Under the pieces are notes generated by a model. The model saw only the letters and a program-made list of their open reading frames with translations, was not told the DNA's origin and searched no databases. A DNA stretch of 21,794 nt, from positions 1 through 21,794 of the forward strand of contig JBDRFG010000019.1 of assembly GCA_043819135.1 (NCBI GenBank). The letters run 5' to 3'. Made by a program: the position numbers and the translations under genes. The stretch comes from Candidatus Eiseniibacteriota bacterium (GTDB taxonomy: Bacteria > Joyebacterota > Joyebacteria > Joyebacterales > Joyebacteraceae). Below are positions 1 to 9,050 of this stretch, piece after piece (positions within the stretch are counted from its first letter, which is position 1; every line of letters starts with the position of its first letter).

Positions 1-2
1 GT

Positions 3-36
3 TGGTAGCGGGGGCCCGATTCAAACCTGCGACCTT
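3..36 (-). other. Degenerate 3' fragment of a tRNA (initiator tRNA-Met-like), possible att remnant
   Basis: Reverse complement reads AAGGTCGCAGGTTTGAATCGGGCCCCCGCTACCA. It ends in CCA and resembles the 3' half of bacterial tRNA-fMet (…GGTCGCAGGTTCAAATCCTGCCCCCGCTACCA). The T-stem is mismatched and no anticodon or D-arm follows, so it is not a complete tRNA. Confidence 0.6.
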
Positions 37-116
37 GTCTGATGCTCATCCGTCGAGGCGGGCTAGCTCGCGTTCGCCCCTGCTTGCACCACCCTCTTGT
101 TCTTCACTCGGTGGCT

Positions 117-875
117 CTACGGCCGCCCCCCAACCATCGCCGGCTCACTCGCTGAACTCGCCGTGAACTCCATCTCCTCGACCAGAATGTCCGGCGTCAC
201 GACGGCCATGCGGTAGTACATGCCCGGGCCGACCGAGTGTCCCATGTTCGTGAGCGCGGGCTCCCTGCCCACAGCATAGATGTCCCGCAGCGACCGAACG
301 CTCACCTCATCGAACGCCACACCGCGCACTCGTTCCATCCGCCCATCGTCCGCGTAGACCTTGTATGCGACGACCGGCCCGGTCAGAAGCGTCGAGCCAG
401 GCTCGTCGAAGCTTTCGGTCCACTGGTACTGCTGTGAGATCTCCGGCACGTCCAGTCGCGTGATCAGGAGCCCGAACTCGCTGTCGAAGTCCTTGGCCAG
501 GCTCCGGAGTTCCTTCACCAGGTCCTTCTTCGTCTTCTCGGATTCCACGAACAGGTTCGAGGCCGCGGGCACGGTCCACTGGTTCGGGAACGTGATGGTG
601 TGGCCGTTCGACTCCGTCAGTTTCTTCGTCGGGCCGCGACTGGTCGGCAGACCCACGAGCCGACCTTCCTCCACGAGCGTCACGTCCTCGGTCGGCACGC
701 CCTCGTCGTCCACGAGCTTGTGTCCGGCGAGCTTCATGCCCTGCCAGCTCTCGCGCGTGGGCTCGTCTGTCACCGTCATGAACTCGGGCATTACCCGGCG
801 GTTGAGCTTCCCCGCGAGCTTCGCGCCGGGCATGTAGTCCTGCATCCATTCCTCGGCCAGAAGGGGAGACTTCAC
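117..875 (-). pseudogene. TldD/PmbA-family metallopeptidase, 3' fragment only (copy 1, open frame, 5'-truncated)
   Basis: Contains the TldD/PmbA C-terminal pattern DEPT…DDEGVP…LVEEGRL…SNGH…P.ASNLFVES. Homology to copy 3 stops at ~873-880 and an in-frame stop lies shortly upstream, so the N-terminal half is missing. Confidence 0.8.
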
Positions 876-1046
876 GGGCGTAACGCGGAAGCACGCGGTT
901 CCAGCCTCCGGATTACTTCGGTATTATGGGGAGGACGTCCCGTCGGACTGGACCAGCGACTCTGCACCGTGTCAGACAGCATGGCTCTTGCAGAATGCGG
1001 GCGGGAGGTTTCCAGAGCCCCGAGCCCCTCCGGCAAGAGCCCGACG

Positions 1047-2411
1047 CTACCTGAAGTCGTCAGGATTGAGCCCTGTCCGCTTCAGCAAGTCGTAGAGCCC
1101 ACGGGAGGAGAGCCCGGCCAACTCTGCGGCCAGCTGGATGTTCCCGCCGGCGCGGTTCATCAGCGCACGTGCGTACCGCTTCTGACAGGCCAACATTGCC
1201 TCACGGTAGCCACCCTCTGACGAGAGTCCTTCCACACCCGCATCATCGGGGAGCCAGAAGTCCTGCGGTCTCAGCACGTCGTCACGACTCCTTATCAGTG
1301 CCGCCTCCACTGCATTCCCAAGCTCTCGCACGTTGTTGCGGGGCCAGCCGTAGGCGCGGAGCTTCGTGATAGCCTCTGGATCCACTTCAGGAACGGGCTT
1401 CCTGTCTCTTGCCGCGTACTTCTCGGCGAAGTAGTGAGCGAGAAGAGGGACATCGTCGAGTCTCTCTCTGAGAGGTGGTACCCTGATCACGTAGGTGTTC
1501 AAGCGGTAGAGAAGGTCCATTCGGAACCGCCCCTCCTCGGCCATGTGGTCTACGTCGCAGTTCGTAGCCGAAATCACTCGGACGTCTACGTGAATCGTCG
1601 CGGTCCCTCCGACCCGCTCGAAGGTCCCTTCCTGCAGAACACGGAGGAGCTTCGGTTGCAGAGAAAGGTCCAGATCCCCAATCTCATCGAGGAACACCGT
1701 GCCTCCGTCCGCTCGTTCGAACCGCCCTTCCTTCGGCACGGCTCCTGTGTAGCCTGCCTTCTCCGCTACTCCGAAGAACTCGTTCTCAAGGAGCGTTCCC
1801 ACGACAGCTGGACATGAGGCGACCACAAGGGGCATGTCGCTGCGACGGCTCCTCTCGTGAATCCACCGTGCAACCAGCTCCTTACCTGTTCCAGATTCGC
1901 CGGTAATCAGCACGCTTGACTCGCTTGGAGCCACCTCCTCGACTTGGCGAAGCAGCTCCTCGATACAGCGGCTGGTGCCGACTATCTCGGGTAGGGATCT
2001 GCGAGCTTCATCGCGGACAGACGAGACCGCACGGCGAGTCCGCCTCCCGCTGATGGCCTTTGCCATGAGGCTCAGGAGTTCTTGTCTTCTTGGGGGCTTG
2101 ACTAAGTAGTGGAAGGCACCCGCCTTGATGCACTCAACTGTATCCCCGTGCTCCGCCGACTCGGTCACCATGATCACAGGCAGTGAGGGCTCACGCCTCT
2201 TGATTTCATTCAGGATCTCCAGCCCGCTCACGCCGTTGGGGAATCGCAGATCGAGGAGGACTACGTCCGGGACCCTTCTGTCGAGTTGCGCCAGGCCTGC
2301 ATCTCGTCCACCGGCGGAGGCCACGTCGTAGTCTGAGCGAATGAGACGACTTAGGAGCTCGATGTCCTCTGGAGCATCGTCAATCACAAGCGCACGCCGC
2401 TTACTCATCAC
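1047..2411 (-). CDS. Sigma54-dependent response regulator (REC-AAA+-Fis HTH, NtrC/AtoC family)
   Basis: Receiver (VIDD…VLLDL…KP), Walker A GESGTGKE, Walker B VFLDEIG, variant loop-1 AGYTGA, FRMDLLYRL and a C-terminal HTH (GGNIQLAAELAGLS…LY). Its start overlaps the kinase stop. Confidence 0.95.
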   Translation of the reverse strand: MMSKRRALVIDDAPEDIELLSRLIRSDYDVASAGGRDAGLAQLDRRVPDVVLLDLRFPNGVSGLEILNEIKRREPSLPVIMVTESAEHGDTVECIKAGAFHYLVKPPRRQELLSLMAKAISGRRTRRAVSSVRDEARRSLPEIVGTSRCIEELLRQVEEVAPSESSVLITGESGTGKELVARWIHERSRRSDMPLVVASCPAVVGTLLENEFFGVAEKAGYTGAVPKEGRFERADGGTVFLDEIGDLDLSLQPKLLRVLQEGTFERVGGTATIHVDVRVISATNCDVDHMAEEGRFRMDLLYRLNTYVIRVPPLRERLDDVPLLAHYFAEKYAARDRKPVPEVDPEAITKLRAYGWPRNNVRELGNAVEAALIRSRDDVLRPQDFWLPDDAGVEGLSSEGGYREAMLACQKRYARALMNRAGGNIQLAAELAGLSSRGLYDLLKRTGLNPDDFR

Positions 2412-4819
2412 GTTCTCCCAGTTAGCCGATCAGCTTCCGCCACACGGCGCATCGCGACACGAAACGTCGTGCCCTCTCCCGGTGAACTCCGCTCGACCCG
2501 GATCGAGCCCCCCAGCGGCTTCAGGATCTCCCGGGAGTAGTACAGCCCCTTCCCTCCACCCTCGGCCCTTGTTGTCCGTCCGTAGTCGAAGACACGCTCC
2601 CATTCGGTGTTTGGGATTCCACAGCCGTTGTCCGTGAATCTGAGGATTACGTGCGATTCGTCCCACTCCACACTGATACTGAGACTTGGGTCCTTCTCAC
2701 CCGCTGTGGCGCGAATCGCATTTGACATGAGATTGCTCACGGCCATCTGGAATCCCCTGGGCGACGCGTGACAGAGAGTCCCCGGAGCAATGTCGCACTC
2801 AAGAGAGAGATCGAGCCCGGCGTCATCCGCGTCTTCACGACACAACTGCAAGGAACGCTCGAGTTCGCGTCGCACATCGAGCAGATAGTCAGCCGCGACG
2901 CTCGCTCGCAGCGTGGCGAGGGCAGACTCGAGCTCATCCGCTATTGCGCTGAGCGCGGCAGACGACAACCTGGCTGGATGGACATCGGCCAATGCAGCGC
3001 TCAGGTCGTCCGTCTCCTCATCTACCGACTCAAGTGCGGTGCGCAACCGCGTCTGACCACGCTCTTCCGCGCTCCACGCATCGGCCAGCTCCAGGATCTT
3101 GGCGACGGAAGGCTTGGTGAACTCACAGTAGTTCTGAAGACTCTGCAGGGCGAGATCGGCCAGGTCGTCGCGCATCTCAGGGTCATCCTGCATGATCGTC
3201 GTCACCCTGTGTAGCGCCCTCAGGGGACGCGTCACTAGCATCTTGTCGTGCTGGCCCATCTCCAGTTCGCCGAGGAGCGCGAGGCCCAGGAAGTCGCGGT
3301 CGACAGGGACGCGCGGTGAAGGTCCTCTGATGAGACCCGCAAGCGCAGATAGCACCTTCTTCCTCTGGGTTTCATACCAGATGCCTGCGGACACGACTCC
3401 CGACACGGCTATTGACAGTGCCACCCAGGACACAGGCGGCCACAGTCGGACCACCTGCAGCAGGTGCCATCCGTCAGAGATGACGAGCAGCTTCTCCCCA
3501 GGCGTCCCGTCTCTGTAGCTTCCGAGGAAGCCTACCTCCTGACCCTCAGGCGGATCGCCGCTGGGCTCGTACACCGCACGGAGCTTGAAGAACGGCACGG
3601 CGGCGGCCAGTCTTCCGTTGCTGAGAACGGTCAGTATCCACGGACTGCCCGAGCCCGGTCTGGGGTGGAGTGACTCCAGCCTCGTCCGCTCCGCTAGCTC
3701 GATGGATCTGTCCAGATGTAGCTGACCATCGGAGACGCTGAACCATAGGATTTCACTCGAACTCGCGCAAACTGCGATCCGCCGAGACCGTCCAGTCCGG
3801 TCGGGGTACGCAAGGGGGATGCCTCCATGTCCAGGGAACGTGACCTCATCCACCAGCCTCCCCGTCATGCCCTCTCGGATAGCTAGACGACTCAGAGGGG
3901 GGTGAGACTGTCTCTCCGGTGTGGTCATTGTGATTAGCTCCGACCCCGCTTGTTCTGTGAGATCGGCTGCGGCCACAAGAACGCTAGTCACAGGACCGCC
4001 AAGCTGCTCGCACCACAGCAGCTCACCACCGGCTGTCAGGACTCCGGCGTAGGATGCCGTATCTGCCGTGCCGGCGAACACCGCACCATTGCAGGGTGCT
4101 GCACTTGCGAACGCAAGCTCATCGATTCCGTCGTCGTCAAGATCTACCGCACGGAGTGATCGGACCTGAGCACCTCCTGGGTGTCTCCACAGCACCCCCT
4201 GCAACCCGCTGTCGAATAGGATTATCTCGCGCGGCAGCCTGTCTCTGTCAGCAGCAGCTGATACAGCGACACCCCAGCCTGACTCCCCAAGGTCCATGCT
4301 AGCCACGCACTGGATCTTTCCGTCCCAGAACCGATCACCTGTTGCGTCGACGCCGCTCGATACATACGTGTCGGCAACGATCCGGAGATCTGCATCGTAC
4401 GCCCGCAGTCGAACCGAGTCCTCGACGACGTACTCAAGCAGTACCTCCTCCAATCCATCGCCATCGATGTCGGTGCACGGGAGAAGACGTACCTTGCGCC
4501 ACCGTGGGTGGTCGGGTCCGGGGTTTCTTTGTGGCCCTTCACCAGCCGTGGCTCCGGCCAGAGAGATCATGCTCAGGGACCCCCCGGGCTCCGACATCGT
4601 CACCAGTTCATCCCGGCCGTCACCATCGAAGTCGGACACATCACCTGACGTGTTGGGACCCCATCTCTTGGACCACACGGGCCGCAGGCCGTGCGTGCTG
4701 TGCGCTCCAAGCCAGCCGGCGACCTCCCACGCACCCAGCAGGACAGCTGCGAGGGCGAGCCAGGATGCGAGGAAGAGAATGTGGGTTCTTCTCGATGGTG
4801 GGGCAGGCTCAGCAACCAA
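2408..4819 (-). CDS. Membrane sensor histidine kinase with FG-GAP/VCBS-like extracytoplasmic repeats (~803 aa)
   Basis: N-terminal TM segment, DxDGDGxxE repeats, second TM (WVALSIAVSGVVSAGIW) and HATPase boxes NLMSNA, DNGCGI and GGKGL. I moved the start from 5185 to TTG at 4819 because GGAGG lies 7 nt upstream and a sigma70 promoter is just upstream. Confidence 0.9.
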   Translation of the reverse strand: MVAEPAPPSRRTHILFLASWLALAAVLLGAWEVAGWLGAHSTHGLRPVWSKRWGPNTSGDVSDFDGDGRDELVTMSEPGGSLSMISLAGATAGEGPQRNPGPDHPRWRKVRLLPCTDIDGDGLEEVLLEYVVEDSVRLRAYDADLRIVADTYVSSGVDATGDRFWDGKIQCVASMDLGESGWGVAVSAAADRDRLPREIILFDSGLQGVLWRHPGGAQVRSLRAVDLDDDGIDELAFASAAPCNGAVFAGTADTASYAGVLTAGGELLWCEQLGGPVTSVLVAAADLTEQAGSELITMTTPERQSHPPLSRLAIREGMTGRLVDEVTFPGHGGIPLAYPDRTGRSRRIAVCASSSEILWFSVSDGQLHLDRSIELAERTRLESLHPRPGSGSPWILTVLSNGRLAAAVPFFKLRAVYEPSGDPPEGQEVGFLGSYRDGTPGEKLLVISDGWHLLQVVRLWPPVSWVALSIAVSGVVSAGIWYETQRKKVLSALAGLIRGPSPRVPVDRDFLGLALLGELEMGQHDKMLVTRPLRALHRVTTIMQDDPEMRDDLADLALQSLQNYCEFTKPSVAKILELADAWSAEERGQTRLRTALESVDEETDDLSAALADVHPARLSSAALSAIADELESALATLRASVAADYLLDVRRELERSLQLCREDADDAGLDLSLECDIAPGTLCHASPRGFQMAVSNLMSNAIRATAGEKDPSLSISVEWDESHVILRFTDNGCGIPNTEWERVFDYGRTTRAEGGGKGLYYSREILKPLGGSIRVERSSPGEGTTFRVAMRRVAEADRLTGRT

Positions 4820-4851
4820 CGGTCGACCTCCAAGGGTGGTAGTTGAATACG

Positions 4852-4880
4852 ATTCTACGGTGCAGCATAGTGGACGGCAA
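4852..4880 (-). promoter_or_regulatory. Putative sigma70 promoter for the kinase-regulator operon
   Basis: The minus strand reads TTGCCG-17 nt-TAGAAT, ~30 nt upstream of the TTG start at 4819. Confidence 0.6.
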
Positions 4881-5193
4881 TGGATATGTTTCTCAGGGCG
4901 GGTGCCCATGCACGCTGGCTTCTGGGAGCTGGACGGCCGGCAACCTGAAGTTTGCTTCCTGCAGTGAGCGGACCTGCAGACGCCACGACCTGCGCCGGTG
5001 GGGCCGTAATCCGCGTTCGCTCGGCCTGTGTGAAGAGGACTTCGCGGCCTTGCCCATACGGTCCACGTGGGAGAGCGAACGACGAGTCCGATCGGTCCTC
5101 TAACAGGTTTCCACTTGGGAAGTTGCGGGCACCCCGAATCCGAACCGATCTCGACCCAGCTGAGGCACGGAACTTGGTTACCCAATAGGCTGC

Positions 5194-5227
5194 GGTGGAG
5201 TGCTCGATCCCGTTGCTGGACTCCACC
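5194..5227. promoter_or_regulatory. Inverted repeat, candidate enhancer (UAS) or hairpin
   Basis: Perfect 8-bp dyad GGTGGAGT-N18-ACTCCACC, ~120-150 bp upstream of the candidate sigma54 promoter. Confidence 0.35.
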
Positions 5228-5344
5228 CGGGAGTCGATGATCCTGACGAAAAAGGGGGGGTCTGGTGGGAGGCGTCGGCCCTGCCTCACGGAGCTACTCG
5301 CTCAGCCACACGCTCGATGCGAGAAGATGGAGGTCGTCTACGGG

Positions 5345-5360
5345 CGGCACGTTCCTCGCC
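5345..5360 (+). promoter_or_regulatory. Putative sigma54 -24/-12 promoter
   Basis: cGGCACGttccTCGCc has GG-N10-GC spacing with the GGCACG core. It lies ~95 bp upstream of the 5453 start, next to a sigma54 activator gene. Confidence 0.55.
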
Positions 5361-5452
5361 ACAACATGCTCGCGCGTGTTTCGCAGCCCGTCAGTTTGCA
5401 CACGGCAGCAGATGGGGCACAGCTGCCAGGATGAAGGTGAGAGGAGGAGAAG

Positions 5453-6238
5453 ATGGAGAGAGTGATTATCGCTGCTCTGGTGCTGACAGCGGCCTTGGCG
5501 AGTCCGTCTTCTGCGGTGGCGCAGTGTCCCGCCGACAACGGGACCGTCGTCGCTCGCTATCAGCTTGACGAGGCCGATGGCCTCATCGCGCACGATGAGA
5601 TTGGCGGCCACGACGGCACGCTCATCAACGGCCCGACGTGGGATCCCAATGGTGGACATCTCTGCGGAGGCGGAGCCTTGGTTCTGGACGGCTTCAACGA
5701 CTACGTGGATCTGCCGTGGGGCGCCTGGGACGACTTCGGCCCGGGTGAGAGTTTCTGCATCAGCTGCTGCTTCTACGCCGAGACCGTGCTCGCGGGCTCT
5801 CCGCACATCATCGGTCGGTATCATCCATCGAACGATGGCGGCATGAGCATTCTCTATGGGCTTGAGTTTGAATCCGGACAGGATTACCCGGGTCATGTCG
5901 TGTTCTCTTTCAGGACGGACTACGGCGGCGGAGCCATCTACGTCATTTCGACGGAGCCGTACGAGCCAGGTGTGTGGCACAGCGTCTGTGGTGTGAGAGA
6001 TCGCGGTGCTGATGAGCTACGGCTGTATGTCGATGGGGAGCTGGCAGCTCCGCCTGTCTCGGATACATTCCCTGAAGATCAGGGGATGACGCAGAACCAC
6101 TTCGTGATTGGGCGAACCGGCGATTCCGATCAGGAGTACTTCACAGGGAAGGTCGACAACGTCGCGATTTGGCGAGGACTCGGACCGTGTCCTGCAGAGC
6201 AGGCGTCATGGAGTGTAGTCAAGTCGCTCTATCGCTAA
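5453..6238 (+). CDS. Secreted LamG/concanavalin-A-like domain protein with C-terminal SWSVVKSLYR tail
   Basis: Strong RBS (GAGGAGG) and signal peptide. LamG motifs ALVLDGFNDYV, WHSVCGV…LRLYVDG and FVIG…FTGKVDNVAIW. Confidence 0.85.
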   Translation: MERVIIAALVLTAALASPSSAVAQCPADNGTVVARYQLDEADGLIAHDEIGGHDGTLINGPTWDPNGGHLCGGGALVLDGFNDYVDLPWGAWDDFGPGESFCISCCFYAETVLAGSPHIIGRYHPSNDGGMSILYGLEFESGQDYPGHVVFSFRTDYGGGAIYVISTEPYEPGVWHSVCGVRDRGADELRLYVDGELAAPPVSDTFPEDQGMTQNHFVIGRTGDSDQEYFTGKVDNVAIWRGLGPCPAEQASWSVVKSLYR

Positions 6239-6499
6239 CCCGTGGTGTTCGCTAGCTGTGCCCCAGTGCGCCTCGTGCAACCCGGCTAGAGCCGGACGAG
6301 ATCGAAGGCCTCAGAGTTCACCGGAACCTGTGGTTAGACGGTGGGACTCCCCCGTACGGCGGCCAGGAAGCCGGGATGGTAGCAGCTGTGCCGAGACTCC
6401 GACCGACACAAAGCTCGAGTCGCAATCCTGGGGTTCATCAAGGCCGTGTACCGGTGAAGATCTGTCATGCGAGATGCACACTTGACGGGAGGTGAAGAC

Positions 6500-7318
6500 A
6501 TGAGAGCGTGGAGCAAGCGGTCAGTGGTCTGTTTCTCCGTCATCATCATCCTCTTGACTGCTTCGCCGCCTGTGGGGGCGGACTTCGAGCTTCGCACATG
6601 GGCGACGACTGCGGCGGCTCCGGCCGATGGCGGCTCACACAGCACCTCCACGAGTTTCGAGATGGTCTCCAGACTTGGCGGGCCTTTCGTCGGCAGCGCC
6701 GAGAGCCCCTCGTTCTCGCTGTGGGGATGCAGTGTGACTCCTGTGGAGGGGGCGTTCATCGCGACCGAGACCGAGCCCCTCTGCGTGACGCTCCGGTGGA
6801 CGGTGGAGCTCTTGCCTGAGATCGCGGGGTTCAACGTCTACAGGGCCTCGGCCGAGGAGGGACCGTTCGAGCGAATCAACCCGGGTCCGGACGACCTGCC
6901 CGCGGAGCCATCCGGCATATACGAGGACAGGACGGTGTGGCCCGGATGCCCCTTCTGGTATGAGCTCAGGGCCGCGATGTACGACGGCTCCGAGGACGTG
7001 GTGGGCGAGACGATCTCGCTGACCACGGACGGGAGGCTAGCCACGAAGCTCTACGCGGCTTCGCCGAACCCGTTCCGCGACGCGACGGTCATCCAGCACG
7101 ACGTCGCCCCCGGGACGCGCGACGCCAGGCTCGTTATCTACGACATAGCCGGACGCGCCGTGCGGAGCTTCGAGTCCGTCGCTCCGAGGGCGGGCAGGTA
7201 CTCCGTGATCTGGGACGGCACGAACGACCGAGGTCAGCGAGTGGCATCGGGCGTCTACTTCTGCTCGCTCGAGGCCGCCGGAGCAAGGGAGACGCGTCGC
7301 ATCGTCCATCTGCGCTAG
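6500..7318 (+). CDS. Secreted protein: short N-terminal module, FN3-like domain and FlgD-Ig (T9SS-CTD-like) tail
   Basis: RBS GGAGGTGA before ATG 6500 and a signal peptide. GFNVYRA…GPF…YED…WYELRA, then SPNPF…IYDIAGRAVR…WDGTNDRGQRVASGVYF. Confidence 0.85.
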   Translation: MRAWSKRSVVCFSVIIILLTASPPVGADFELRTWATTAAAPADGGSHSTSTSFEMVSRLGGPFVGSAESPSFSLWGCSVTPVEGAFIATETEPLCVTLRWTVELLPEIAGFNVYRASAEEGPFERINPGPDDLPAEPSGIYEDRTVWPGCPFWYELRAAMYDGSEDVVGETISLTTDGRLATKLYAASPNPFRDATVIQHDVAPGTRDARLVIYDIAGRAVRSFESVAPRAGRYSVIWDGTNDRGQRVASGVYFCSLEAAGARETRRIVHLR

Positions 7319-7365
7319 GCACACCGCACAACTACCACGCGTGCATTCGACATGAGGAGGGCGAC

Positions 7366-8889
7366 ATGTTTGCGAGAGCAGTTGCGAGGGCAGTGCTGGC
7401 CGCCGTGTTCGTGCTCGGCTTCGTCCTGAGCGGGAGCGCGCTTGCGAGTTCGGTGGATCTCGTGGACGGCGCGCTGACCGGCGAGCCCGGGTCGCGTGAC
7501 ATCCAGGAGACCATCTGGTTCCAGGGGTACATCGCAGACCGCGTGAGCGGCGAGCCCGTCAACGCGACATACACGGTTGAGGCAGAGATCTTTGACGCGG
7601 AAAGCGGCGGGTCCTCTGTGTGGGGCCCGGAGTCACACGTGGGCACGGTCATCGCGGCCGGCTGGTTCAGCATCGAGCTTGGCGACACGATCGGTGGGCT
7701 GCCCGCCTTCGACACGCCGCCCTACTACCTTCAGCTGACCATCAATGGTGAGCCGTTCACCTCGCGCCTCAAGCTTGCCAGTGTTCCGTCGGCGTTTGCA
7801 TGGAGGGGGAGCGTTGTCGATCAGCAGGCCACGTACGAGAACGGGATCAAGCTCGTAGGTGGCAACGTGGAAAGGCGGGTTGGCCCGACCGATTCTAGGC
7901 GGCACTGGATACTCGCTGATGACGGCCTCTCTCTCTACGATTCGACCACAGATGACGTGTTTGCCGAACTCGGCGGGGGAACCGGGGGGCAGCTCTCGCT
8001 GAGCAGAGTGGATAACTCAGCAGCATGCTTGCTCTCGGCAAACAGTACCGGTGGAGAACTGATGCTCTGGGATGACACTCCTTCTGTTACACTCTGGCTG
8101 CACGGCGATTCCGGCGACCTCGAGGTGAATGGGAGAGCGGGCATCGGCACCAGCGACCCACAGGCGAAGGCCCACATTGTGGAGCCAGGAGGCACGATTC
8201 CAGCGCTAAGGGTCCAACAGGATGATCCTTACGCCGTGAGCACCGTCCTTATCGAAAGGACGGCAATCGACGCCAGTAGCGAGGGCAACGACCTGCTTGC
8301 CATCAATGTGCCGGCTCTCACCTTCACGGATTTTCAGTTCCTCCAGTGCAAGGAGGGCGGCAACAAAGTGTTCCGGCTCGATGCTGACGGCAATGGCTAC
8401 TGCGACGGGAGCTGGAATGGTGGGGGAGCCGATATCGCAGATCTCGTTCGTGTCAGCAGGAGTGCGGATGCGGTGACCCCCGGTGACGTGATGGTCATCG
8501 ACCCCCTCAGCTCACGGGCGATCGAGAGATCCACAGAGACGCGGTCTTCCCTGGTTGCGGGCGTTGTCAGCACCCATCCCGGCTTCGTGTGTTCCCACAG
8601 AGAATGGGATGAACCCGCTGCAGAGGGCGAGCAGGAAGGTCGTACGTTCAAGCTCGAGGACATGGCGATGGAGTTCGATGAGGTTCCGCTCGCGGTCGCT
8701 GGGATAGTGCCGTGCAAGGTCTGCGATGAGAACGGCCCTATCCGGCCCGGTGATCTTCTGGTCACGTCGTCGCTTCTTGGTCACGCAATGCGCGATGAGC
8801 ATCCGTCGGTTGGCACCGTTCTCGGGAAGGCACTCGAACCGCTGGTCGCAGGGACTGGCGTCATAGAGGTGCTCGTGGCGCTTCACTAG
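7366..8889 (+). CDS. Secreted fibre/tail-spike-like protein with C-terminal peptidase-G2-like intramolecular chaperone domain
   Basis: Signal peptide and N-terminal FQGYIAD…GGSSVW.PESH…GWFSIELG…LASVPSA module. C-terminal GADIAD…PGDVMVID…VAGVVST.PG…AGIVPCKV..ENGPI.PGDLLVTSS..GHAM…LGKALE. Confidence 0.7.
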   Translation: MFARAVARAVLAAVFVLGFVLSGSALASSVDLVDGALTGEPGSRDIQETIWFQGYIADRVSGEPVNATYTVEAEIFDAESGGSSVWGPESHVGTVIAAGWFSIELGDTIGGLPAFDTPPYYLQLTINGEPFTSRLKLASVPSAFAWRGSVVDQQATYENGIKLVGGNVERRVGPTDSRRHWILADDGLSLYDSTTDDVFAELGGGTGGQLSLSRVDNSAACLLSANSTGGELMLWDDTPSVTLWLHGDSGDLEVNGRAGIGTSDPQAKAHIVEPGGTIPALRVQQDDPYAVSTVLIERTAIDASSEGNDLLAINVPALTFTDFQFLQCKEGGNKVFRLDADGNGYCDGSWNGGGADIADLVRVSRSADAVTPGDVMVIDPLSSRAIERSTETRSSLVAGVVSTHPGFVCSHREWDEPAAEGEQEGRTFKLEDMAMEFDEVPLAVAGIVPCKVCDENGPIRPGDLLVTSSLLGHAMRDEHPSVGTVLGKALEPLVAGTGVIEVLVALH

Positions 8890-9050
8890 GCGAGCCTGGA
8901 ATCCCTGAGCGTCCAGATGCGGGCGGTCGAGATGCTCCGAGGGAAGGGCACAGGGGAGGCACCCGTCCGCATGGGCTGCAGCGCGTTACGGGTGCGTAGT
9001 GCGAGTGTCTTGGCGATGATTCCTGTATCAAGAGCGCCTCAGCGGCGACC

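Noticed and set aside
3..80. Complete tRNA gene
   Set aside because: Only ~34 nt match, the T-stem is broken and there is no anticodon arm.
237..1220. Overlapping alternative-frame ORFs across the TldD copies (e.g. 307-894, 361-837, 600-1220, and 12810-13094 in copy 2)
   Set aside because: These are shadow ORFs typical of high-GC DNA. They recur only because the underlying repeat recurs.
4820..5185. N-terminal extension of the 925-aa kinase ORF
   Set aside because: It is not protein-like. The RBS and sigma70 promoter support a start at 4819.
7366..8889. Prophage, suggested by the tail-spike-like gene
   Set aside because: The protein has a signal peptide and no other phage genes are present.
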